From the NCBI GenBank assembly GCA_973895155.1, contig OZ316899.1:3431455-3495454 (forward strand): a DNA stretch of 64,000 nt, given 5' to 3'. This document shows, in pieces, positions 53,920-64,000 of the stretch. The notes under the pieces are model-generated. The model searched no databases. It was not told the DNA's origin and worked only from the letters and a program-made list of their open reading frames with translations. The stretch is from Marsupella aquatica. Its lineage: Eukaryota > Plantae > Marchantiophyta. Numbering within the stretch: the stretch's first letter is position 1; every line of letters starts with the position of its first letter. A program made the translations under genes and the position numbers.

Positions 53920-56459
53920 GGGGAACCCACCGTATGGGTATCCTGGGCAATGGACGATTATCAGGGAGAAACCCCACAAGGACCCGAGGAATATGATTCG
54001 GAGACCTCGGAGGAAGAGGAACTCAATATGATCGAACTCATCTCGTCCCTATCCGAGGAAGATGTCTTCGGAGTTGAAGCAACCCGAGAAACACATCTCC
54101 TAAATTACCCGAGGGCTGCCATTGAGTCCACCCCAAGTACATCTACTGTCGGGGATGAGGAAACGCACGAACAACTCGTCGAGACGGAGGACACGGCTCC
54201 AGCTAAGCAGGGAGCCGAGGCTACTCCTTCCATTTCAGAGCCTCGTAACCATGAACCAGCCCAACAACCGCCTGAGGCCGAAAACTCGAGACCGAGACAT
54301 AAAAAGCGAGTCTCATGGGATCCGTCCATTCCACAATTGGAGGAAGTAAACCCCATCCCGAGACCAATCCCGGTCCCACCCATGTACGGAGGGGTTCGGT
54401 TAGCTGAGCTTGACGCGAGCCTGGACCCAAGTCTGCGAAACCAGGTTGAAGTCATCAGGAAGGAGCACTACCGGAAGTACACTATTGGGATGGACAAATC
54501 TTTTAACCTGGGCCACGCTCTGACGGGGAAGGCTGAAAAATCCATCCAAGCTTTGCTCAAGGAATATGAAGATGTGTTTGCATGGAGTCATCATGATTTA
54601 ACAGGCGTCTCCCCCGAGTTGGGAGAACACACAATCGATCTGAACCTAGGAGCCCATGCGGTACGACAGCGACAACGTCGCATGAATCCGAGGTACTCCA
54701 TCTTAGTGAAGGAGGAAATTGATCGTCTCCTCGCCGCCGATATCATTTACCCGGTAATGGCCAGCGACTGGGTCTCTCCCATTGTCATTGTACCAAAGAA
54801 GGGAGGTACGGATGGAAAACCTAAGATTCGTATCTGTCAGGACTACCGTAAGCTGAATGACGCAACCCGAAAAGACCATTACCCATTACCATTCACGGAT
54901 ATGGTTCTAGATATGGTGGCCCAAAATGAAATCTATACATTTCTTGACGGGTATTCAGGTTATAACCAAATCTGGAATCGTCTCACGGATCAGCTCAAAA
55001 CAACTTTCACTACGGAGTGAGGAACGTTCGCATTTCGGAGGATGCCTTTTGGTCTGTGTAACGCCCCGGCTATGTTTCAGCGCCTTATGATGAATATCTT
55101 CCACGATTTCCTACGGGAATTTTTGGAGATATTTATCGATGACTTTGCCATCTTCGGAACCGTTGCCATGCACCCCGAACACCTACGACGAACGTTGCAA
55201 CGATGCCGAGATGTTAACCTCAAACTACATCCCCGCCAAATGCTTCTTCGGGGTAGAGGAGGGGGTGTTACTCGGGCATCGTGTGTCCAAACGGGGCATT
55301 GAGGTGGACCAAGAGAAAGTTGCGGCCTGGATGGCGGTGGTGTTCCCCTTGGATCAAAAAGCAGTACGATCCTTCTTGGGCTGCGTAGGGTATTACCGCC
55401 GGTTCATTAAAGACTTTGCTAAAATTGCGTTGCCCTTAACTAAGATGATGAAGAAGGACGCAGCGGTCGAGGAGACACCCCGGAGACGGATTGCTTTTGA
55501 GGAACTCCGTAAACGACTCACCACCGCGCCTATCATGGTCACCCCAGACTGGAATAAGGAGTTCCACGTGTATGTCGATGTGTCAGGGTTCTGTATCGGA
55601 TCCGTACTTAGTCAGCTAGATGAGGATGGACGTGATCACCCCATCTATTTCGCTAGCCGTCAACTATTTGCAGCCGAAAAGAATTATTCCCCCACTGATC
55701 GAGAAGCTTTGGGAATAATCTACTCGTGTAAAAAGTTCCGACACTATCTGCTAGGCTACAAGGTCATTTTCCACACGGATCATGATAGCCTGAAGTACAT
55801 GGTCAACAAAGCGGATGTGACAGGACGGATAGCCCGGTGGGTGCTACTTCTCCAGGAATTTAATTACGAAGTTCGGGTTCGGCCAGGAAGGGTACACCTC
55901 AATGCCGATTTCTTTTCACGACTGGACGGCGTACCAGTCGATCAGCCAATTGATGATATTTTTCCGGATGAGGAGTTGTTCCACGTGGGGGAAGGGACAC
56001 CAACGTGGTACGGCTTAATAATCACCTTCCTTTTAACGGGCCGCATCCCTGACGGCATCAATCAGGAGGCCGCCGCTGTGTTTTTACGGAAAGCCGGGCC
56101 TTACGTCATGATACAGGGTCACCTACATAAGGAAGGTATTAACGGAAAGTTACGACGCTGCTTAGAGTATAAGGAGACACTTATCGTGATACGGGCCCTG
56201 CATGAAGAAGAAGCTGGAGGCCATTTCGCGGCAGTTACGACAGCCCGAAAGATTATGGACTCGGGGTATTGGTGGCCTACGTTGCATCGGGATGTACAGC
56301 GCTTCATTAAGGGCTGTGACTTGTGTCAGCGAGCGGGGGCCCCGAGGCGGGCTCATCATCACCCGCTCACATCTGTGCTTCCATTGGCACCATTCGAAAA
56401 ATGGGGAATTGATTATATCGGACCGTTCACTCCCGTTACCCGAAGGCGAAGGTGCAGGT

Positions 56460-56802
56460 ATCACCCTATTCATTAAAAGTGTATTTTATTTTGTTCACTT
56501 TTAGTCCTCTAAATGTTCACTTTTTGGTCTCTAAATGTACACTTTTTAAACCCAAAAGGTACACTATGGTATAATACTCTACACCTAAATGATCAATTGT
56601 AAACTTGAGGTGACAAAAATGATCTTGACTAGAAGAAGTCTCATCCTAGTTCATTTACAAAGGATGAACATGGTGGTACATCTGATGGCCATCAACTTTG
56701 TTTCTTGCCTAATTGTACACTTTTTGAAGGCCAAATGTACACTTTGTGTTGCCCAAATGTTCATAAATTGAATAATAATTCACTTTTAATGAATAGATTG
56801 AT
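56460..56802. mobile_element. 343-bp MITE with 22-bp terminal inverted repeats
   Basis: ATCA(CC/AT)CTATTCATTAAAAGTG TIRs, AT-rich body, subterminal AAATGT(A/T)CACTTT repeats. Removing it plus one AGGT restores RCRYILLAIDY of the integrase. Confidence 0.85.
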
Positions 56803-57647
56803 AGGTACATCCTATTAGCTATTGATTACTCCACCAAATGGGTCGAAGCGCGGGCTACGGTAAAGGACGACGCCGCAACCAGTGCCAGATTCTTATACGA
56901 ACAGATTTTCACCCGATTCGGACCGCCCTTAGAATTGGTAAGCGACCGTGGAACCCACTTCCTCAATGACACCGTAGCCCAGCTTACGGAGCGTTACCTA
57001 GTCAAGCACCGCAAGACTACCCCATATCATCCTAAAGCCAACGGGATGGCAGAGAGAGCAAATGGTATCATTGGGAAGATCCTCAACAAAACTGTAGCTG
57101 CGCACAAAACGGATTGGGATGATAAGTTGTACGCGGCGGTGTACTCGTATAATCTAGCTTACAAAACTACTACGAGTCACAGCCCGTACTTTCTGGTGTT
57201 CGGCCAACATTCGTTGGTGCCCGTCGAATTTGAAGTGCACACTCCACGGGTCAGCATTCGGGATCGCTTACCTGAATCTGAAAGTCTGTCAGACCGAGCT
57301 TATCAAATTGAAGCCTTGGAAGAAGCACGGCTACTGGCAGCTCGACACACCGTGAAGAAACAGGCAACTTCGAAGAAGCAGCACGACAAAGGACTATGGA
57401 GGGTCGACGTCGTGGCAGGCGATCTAGTCCTTCTGTACGATAGTAGGTACATGCAGTTTCCAGGGAAGCTGCATACCCGGTGGTTGGGGCCCTTCCTTGT
57501 CAATCAGATCTACCGAAACGGATCTTTGGAGCTTGCGACGTATGCCGGCGATTTACTCCCCACGCGAATCAGCTACGATCGTGTAAAAAAGTACCACCAT
57601 CAAGATGACGACGCCGATAGCGATGTTCGCGAGGACGCTTCACAATT

Positions 57648-57660
57648 AAGCAGGGAGCTA
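57648..57660 (+). promoter_or_regulatory. Polypurine tract of B
   Basis: AAGCAGGGAG-CTA directly before TGTGACG. Confidence 0.85.
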
Positions 57661-60600
57661 TGTGACGCCGCCGGTACGGCGGTTAATGAGTGATTCAGTC
57701 TAACTGCGCTCGGCACGCGCGTTAGGTGGGTCTTAGGCCGCTATTATTAGCATAACGACAGTATTTAGGTAATCATTAGGGGTAGGACATCATTAGGCAA
57801 TAAGGGGGACTTCAGGTTCGGGCTGGCGGCGGGTCGCTATTCGCACACCCGGGTTACGAGCGTGGAGGGGCCCCTCCCTCGGGTCCGTATAACGAACTTA
57901 AGGAAGCGGCCACTGACGCACGCTGACTCAGACCGGCGGAGTGGCCGGTACACCACAAGCGTGAGCGGTTCAACCTATGGGCGTCGAGGAGACGTCGGGG
58001 ATCGACAAGCCCTCAAAGTATAAAAGGGGAGCCAACCCTTTGTAGTGCACCAGTCCATCAGTCCGCGCGCCAGCTTTGACCCCAGCTCTCTCGTTCTCTC
58101 TAGGTCGCCACTACTATCTCCTCTGAATGTCGCACACGATCCTCTCCAGCTCGGCCATTTGATTCTGGACGCAGTTCCTATCTACCGGAAGGCACTTGGC
58201 CGATTCATTGAAACACGCCAACCCGCGCCGATACGAGATCGAACGCGAATACGAGAGAGCCATCCGCCTAGCAGGACGACACCACTACGTCCTTAACTTT
58301 GACTACCCGTCTCAGAGCGAGCTTTACCGACCAGCTGAGGTATCTGGGTACTTCTTCAACGGAGACAAATATATCGGGTTCTGGGAAGCATTGCTTCGGC
58401 TTCCGGACGAGGTCTTCAATATCCCGGGTACAATCGACCTGCAGCGACATCACTTTGACCACATCCCTGCCCAGGTTCGGGCTGTCATTAACGGCGAGTC
58501 CAGTACCAACCGTTCGACAAGGGCGTCCGCACTCGCTTCGGAGAACTTCTACCAGCACCTGCAGAGCTTCATGGGAACTCGGCCATCAACCAACATGACC
58601 AACTCAGCCGGACCTGTACCCGTACCCGTATCCGTGCCCATGCAACCCCAGCCTCAACTTCAGCTTCAGCCTCAGCCGCAGCCTAGCCAAACCCCACCAC
58701 CTATCACCCAGCCAGCACAGGTACGCTCCGTCATCAACGCTGTGGATCTTAGCGATGATGACGAGGCTACCCCACCCTTGACCAGGCGGCCCAGAGGAAC
58801 AAGCGCGCGGGGGGCCGACACTATATCGTCCCCACCCCCTGCTCTGACCCCAGGAGCGGCCCCAGCAGACAACATAGTGACCGTGGCCGCCCCGGGCCCG
58901 TTACCAACCGCAGTGGCACTCCCCAGGCCCGATCGGGAGGATGGGGAAGTATCACCTTCCCCGAGTCAGTCACGGGGAAAGAAGAGGAAGGAATCCGCCA
59001 CTGCATCCGGGTTACCGTTGGCCACGGTAGCCGTAGCCAAGGTGTCGATGCATTGCATGGGGGAAAACGTTCATAGCAACATCCTCCATCCCAAGCATGC
59101 GGTGTATCTGAAGACTCAGGGATTTGAGCACCTCACCTCTCTCCCCTGGAACACTTGCAGGTACTACGGGGAGGACATGACAGAATTCGTCAAGAATTAT
59201 GACGACGTACGTCAACAGACTCGGCTGCGGGGAAGGAATATGTCCCTCACAGAAGAACGGCTCAAGATGATCTTCGGGTTACCCAAAGGTGACCATCGAG
59301 TCGAATCACGGGCTCCCGGGGGCAAGGAGGCCAAGTACCAATCTTCAAGTTTTCCCTCAGAGGGATCAGTAGACAACGGGTTCGTGATGAGGACCTGCCT
59401 CATGCCCGAGATAGCTGAGCGGCTGGAGTTCCAGAGGTACGCTCTCCACATGATGGAACCCCGGGGGGAGATCTCCGCCACCCAGGTTATCCAGGTCGAG
59501 AACTATCGACCTAGGAAATGGGCGTCGTACTTCGCTAAGAAATTCCATGAAGAGATGGAGCGGCGAAGGAAGACGCTGTACATTGGCGGGAAGGCGTATT
59601 TTGCTAGCCATATCAAAATCATTCTTGAGTGGTACGCCCGGTTTGATCGACGAACCCTTCCCCGCATCAACGTTACAAAGCTGGTCCCAGCTAGGTGGGT
59701 TTTTCCGGCATTGGAGAGACGGCCCCAACCCGAGGCCCGAAGTCCAGTGGACACGCCAGCTTCACCCACCCCACCTCCACAAATAGCTGTAATCGTAACC
59801 GAGGAGGCGCCGGAGGGGTCGGTCGTCGCAACCGTTGATGCGATCCAACTAGCCGGGCTAAGTACAGAAGTTGGTACGGCAGAGGTCTTACCCGAACCCG
59901 GGTCTCCCAAGGACCCGCCGGTGGCAATTCCGGAGAACCGGACATCGCTGCAGGAGGACACTCCAGCCCCTTCCAACGTTATGTCCCCAGGGCTGGACGT
60001 CACTGCCCCGGCCCCTGCGCGTGTTGATGTCTGCCCGTGCCCAAATCCGGACAGGCACAACTTGGACCACCCGGAACTCTTCGTACAGGGTACGTTTCTG
60101 AACGGGCTTCTGGGAGATTTCTCTCATCAAATTGCCCGGGATACCGGGGAGTTCATGGCCCGGAAGGTAGCCTGTTTCTTCAATCAGGAGTTGGTTGCCG
60201 CCGTAAAGGCAGGTCGGGCCCAGTCGGAGGCCCTTCAGAGGATAGAGCGGTACCGGGTGGAGTCCGTGTACCTAAAGAACGAAGTGGCGGCTCAAGAGGC
60301 TGAGCTTCTGCAACTACGACCCAAGGTTGTAGCCGCCGATGAGTTGTTAGCAAAGGCGTACGCTCTTACCGCCCTAGCCGAACAGGCCAAAGCTGGGAAC
60401 GAGGCCGAGATTACACGACTCCGGAACCAGATTGACAGTTTGAAGAAACAAGCTGTCACCTGGCAGAAAGACCTGGAGGAGGCCGAGGAGCGAGCCCAGC
60501 GGGACGCGACAGAGATAGCCACGCTGCAGGCCGAGATGGCGCGGCTCCAAACCGAGGCCGAGAAGCAGGACCAGCTGGCGAGTAAACTGACGAGCGACGC

Positions 60601-61674
60601 CCAGCAGCTGGAGGAGGCATGTCAGGAGGCAGCAGAGGAGACGGACGCGGCGAGGCGAGAGAACGAATCTCTGCTGGACCAGGTCCAGCTCCTCAAAGCG
60701 GACAATGACAGGCTTCGAAGGCAGCGGGATGGCCGTTCCCATTCGGGCGGCTCTGGCAAGCGTGCCAGGCATTAGCGGCGGAGTAGGAATAGATTAGGAT
60801 TAGGATTGGCTTAGTCAGGCTCTTGGGACAGGCACCTGCCTTAGGTACAGCAGCGCTGCCCTGCTGTCCAGCCTGCGTAGATTAGGATCTTCTAATAAGA
60901 CACAGCCGTTTTCCGGCCTGACTATCAGCTTAGTTAGGACCTTAGTCAGCGAATCTTCGGCGAGAGGACACCCCGTTCCTCGGCTCTTAGTATTTAGTGC
61001 ACCCCTCGGTAGAGGCAAGGGGGGGGTTTTTAGTTTCAGAGTCGGACATCCGCGGGACATGCGGGGAGTCCCGACCTCTGGGAATGACAGAGTACCAAGG
61101 GGAGGGGGTAGGACTAAGCTCGTCGGGCGAGTGCGGAGCCGGGCTCCGTTGTAGTGTGCACCCTCGGCCTTGAACCTGTGCATTCCAGGGCTGTCGTGTC
61201 AACTAAGTGTACGCATATGTTCCCTTTGTAGTAAAATCCTTTCCCATCATTTTCCTTCGTGTAAATCGAGATTGTATGCATGTGTGCGCATATGTGTGTG
61301 GGTTTCTCGTATATGGGTGGCAGCGCCAGGCCGAACGCACTACCCGAGACGTGCACAGGATGCAGCCTGCGGGTAAGTGGTTGCGAGCACGGGTTGAGGA
61401 CCTGTATCATCGAATCCGGATCGAAGGCGGACAGCACGAAGGCTTAGAAGCCCTTAAGCCGGGGTTGATCCTGCTATCGACTAAGGTACGTTCCGGCGGC
61501 GGAACACAAACCATACCTAGGAGGTGTTCGTATTTAGCAGTATGCGCACTTAGCGCTAGTTTACGAGAATAAGGTGCATTACGTGCTTCCCTTCCTGCCC
61601 AAACCCTCAGATTTACGAGGGATGTGCCCGTCTAAGCTGAAGTCTGAGTTAAGGCCGAAGCCTACGACGTGACA
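57661..61674 (+). repeat. 3' LTR of B (4014 bp)
   Basis: Near-identical to 38445-42466; ends CGTGACA followed by CCTTT. Confidence 0.95.
58127..60775 (+). pseudogene. LTR-encoded ORF in the 3' LTR of B, with CGA>TGA at codon 12 (58160)
   Basis: Otherwise open and nearly identical to 38911-41565. Confidence 0.85.
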
Positions 61675-62263
61675 CCTTTTCCTCCCAAGAACTTCCAACT
61701 CTGGTTGAAAGCATGTATCAGTGAATGTGTCGATAGCATAGCTTTACGCACCTTTTCTAACTCCCCTGGATCATCCATAGCCACCAAGTCTGCATCAAAA
61801 TCTCCATTGGAAGGAAGATAGCTTGGATGAGCCATAGTCATTCACTGTTAAGATAGGAGGTTGAGAGGGGAGAGGGGAGAGGGGAAGTGTTGAATGTTGA
61901 ATGTGAGTCACATTCAAGTCACGACCCAATGTTTTGTTAAAGGAAAACAGCCACAGCCCAGGAACCTTGGAGACCCGCTGTTACCCTAATTTAACATTGC
62001 AACTTACAACGTTGACTAGGGGTGAAGGGTTTAGGGACACTGTTACCCACAATAACATCCTATGGAACGACGTTAACTGATTAAATATGTAGTACAGAAC
62101 TACATTAATTAAATTCAACAAATTCCCTGCAACCTCAAAAACAACGTTAATTTGTGAAGAACGTCGTGTGGCTAAACGCTATTTGGGTTAATGTTGCAAG
62201 ATACGTTGATGCTTGGGGTTTTATACATCGTGGGGGCCTTTGTAAATTTTTCTCACAGGGGAC

Positions 62264-64000
62264 ATGGCAACCTATGCATCGGACCATGATGGGGGCAGGC
62301 ATCGTTGGCATAGATACCATCATCATCATAGGGGGACGTATGAATTGTTGGATAGGCGGAGGGATGACTTGTCTGTCGATGACAATGAGCATGGTGGTAG
62401 TTCTCACCGACACAAACACCATCATTGGCATAGGGGGAGTTAAGCTTCATTGGGCTATAGGAGCGATGACGAGCGGCGGAGGAGGAGGGATGACAAGGGA
62501 GGGAGGGAGGAGGAGGGATGACTCATCCTATGAGGACCATGGTGGGTCTACTTACACCCAACGCAGAGACAACCATCATCATAGGGGGAGGGACGACCTA
62601 TCGGCCTGGGAGAGAGATTACTCACCAGACATGTATGATCAATCTAGGCATCATCGATCCAGGAGTCATTGACGCAGACATCGTTCCGAGGGCAAGAACG
62701 GCTGGAGCCCCCATCGTGCAGATGGATTTGGAGAGGCCATGGCTGCTCTTCAGGGGATTGGGCCAGTTCGCAAGATGCCTTGCCCTTGCAAATGATGCAA
62801 GGGTGTTGTCTTACATGAGAGGACCACTATCCTTAGCCATTTAGGGATCCATGGTAGTTACATCCCCCCGACCCAAGAGGTAATACAATTTTCTTGGGTA
62901 TTGCAATTATGATAACATCTCCTTTAATTATTTTTTGATTGTCATATTCTGAACTTGTTTTGGTGAACATGTGGAACAGATTCCTGTTGTAGTGCGATCT
63001 TTGCCTGTGGACCGCTTGAGAGACATTGCATGTCGTGCGCTCACACCACTCGTCCATCCATCAGCATTGCGAGCCACATTGAGGGCAATAGACCGTGTAT
63101 TTTGTAGGAGGAGGAGAGTGTTTAGGATGTATCCTATTGAGAGGGAGTAGTGGTGACCTAGGATTGTTTCGCCCCAATGCCCTTTTCTTGATGCATCTTG
63201 TCCCGACAGTGTCCAACCTTTAGTCAATATGGCATGTCACTAAAGTTGGACCCTAGGTATGCTCAGATTGATGGTTACCTGCCTCGCACGGGGAACTTGG
63301 CGGGTTACATCAACAACACTATTGGTTCTTGGCGTTTAGGGTTTAGGCCAAACGCTGAGTGGCACAAGTACCATGACCTGAGTCACCCTCGTTTTCCTGT
63401 AGCATGCACGCATTACATCTTGACACATGCTACCCACACCATTAGAGCAGGGGAAGAGATTCTTGTAGATTATGATTGGCATTGATGTTTACATGTGTAC
63501 ATGACATATTCATTATGGGGTGACCCTTGCATTTTTCATTATTGACGTTTCATTGTAAGCTTTATCACGGAAACCCTTTCTCTAATTGTGATCTGTCATT
63601 GCATATTGAGAACTCTAGGATGGTGTACATATTACTCCCACACCTCACCCATCAATGATGACTACATCAGCCCGTGCCTTTCACGTACGTGCCACCTTAA
63701 ATTTCTCAAATGAGGAGGATGTTGAGGGTCATCCCCTTGACCATGATGAGATGGATGATCAGGATGAGGAGTACCATGATGCATATGATGGAGAGTTGGA
63801 TGATGATGGAGAGTTGGATGATGATGTTGACGATGAGGGAGATGTGACCCTATCCTTGAAGAAGATGCCTTTGCCCACCTTGTTGACGTTCACTTTGGAC
63901 CTCATGCACCTGACGCCGAGCACCCTATCATGGAAGTGGATCAAGAAGATTGGGATCACTTGGAAACTGAAGCCAAAACACCACTATTTGAGGGATCTCC
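62264..64000 (+). pseudogene. Decayed CACTA/EnSpm-like transposase 5' region
   Basis: MPCPCK*CKG...TILSHLGIHG (transposase-associated Zn motif, 62775-62855), an acidic linker, and LETEAKTPLFEGS at the window end, resembling the PLY.G motif ahead of Tnp2 cores. Motif-level only. Confidence 0.5.
63152..63485 (+). pseudogene. SET-domain-like coding segment
   Basis: GDLGLF, then (frameshifted) IDGYLPRTGNLAGYINN...PNAEW...HATHTIRAGEEILVDY, following the SET pattern GxGLF / IDA..GN.ARFINHS..PN / A.RDI..GEEL..DY. Confidence 0.6.

Larger units (their letters stand above)
53920..57693 (+). pseudogene. pol: pol of B (end of PR, RT, RH, INT) with a stop at 55018, a frameshift near 55233 and a MITE in INT
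   Basis: GEPTVWVSW aligns with A GTPSITVSW; CQDYRKLN, EIFIDDF, YVDVSG, HTDH, WGIDYIG, VSDRG, GMAER and GPF motifs. Confidence 0.93.
38445..61674 (+). mobile_element. Ty3/gypsy LTR retrotransposon, family B, with nested insertions
   Basis: Perfect 5-bp TSD CCTTT (38440-38444, 61675-61679); two near-identical LTRs; PBS, gag, RT-RH-INT and PPT present. Confidence 0.95.

Noticed and set aside
56458-56804. Stowaway/Tc1-mariner assignment (TA TSD) for the MITE
   Set aside because: The implied empty site would add 4 bp and a stop to the integrase.
5434-60775. Idea that the LTR ORFs are better preserved than pol in this window
   Set aside because: Most LTR copies are also damaged (frameshift, telomere deletion, 136-bp deletion, stops); selection cannot be shown without dN/dS over many copies.
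133-61572. Numerous 60-200 aa antisense and alternate-frame ORFs in the track
   Set aside because: They are shadows of the long GC-rich ORFs, repeated only because the elements are repeated, and have no recognisable motifs.
63335-63347. TTTAGGGTTTAGG as interstitial telomere
   Set aside because: Under two units, lying within the SET-like frame (RLGFRP) with no junction signature.
1-64000. CRISPR arrays, rRNA or tRNA genes
   Set aside because: No repeat-spacer array or RNA gene seen; the only tRNA-related sequences are the 18-nt PBSs.

Overview
Plant (TTTAGGG-telomere) heterochromatin-like window made almost entirely of two related, young, non-chromoviral Ty3/gypsy LTR-retrotransposon families, called A and B here, sitting in older, decayed CACTA-like and non-coding sequence. 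The main result comes from placing LTR ends by TG..CA termini, PBS, PPT and target-site duplications. The LTRs are 4.0 kb (B) and 4.5-4.7 kb (A), and each carries a complete long ORF (884 aa in B, up to 1211 aa in A). The two ORFs share a homologous central domain, nuclear-localisation-like motifs and a C-terminal coiled coil, with no env-like transmembrane segment. Layout: 1-3668 end of an A LTR; 3669-3716 first 48 bp of a B LTR (antisense); 5319-19907 A element without a TSD (recombinant); 21560-36146 A element with TSD AAACG/AAATG; 1-31484 is a 16.24-kb tandem duplication; 38445-61674 B element with TSD CCTTT, containing an antisense, 3'-truncated A copy (43360-53919) and a 343-bp MITE (56460-56802). 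The flanks hold a decayed CACTA-like element whose transposase region appears to include a SET domain. Other points: a head-to-head telomere-repeat scar replacing about 1 kb of one LTR, a -1 frameshift signal placed after the protease in A, and a 45-nt PPT block shared by both families. All calls are by eye; no database search was run.
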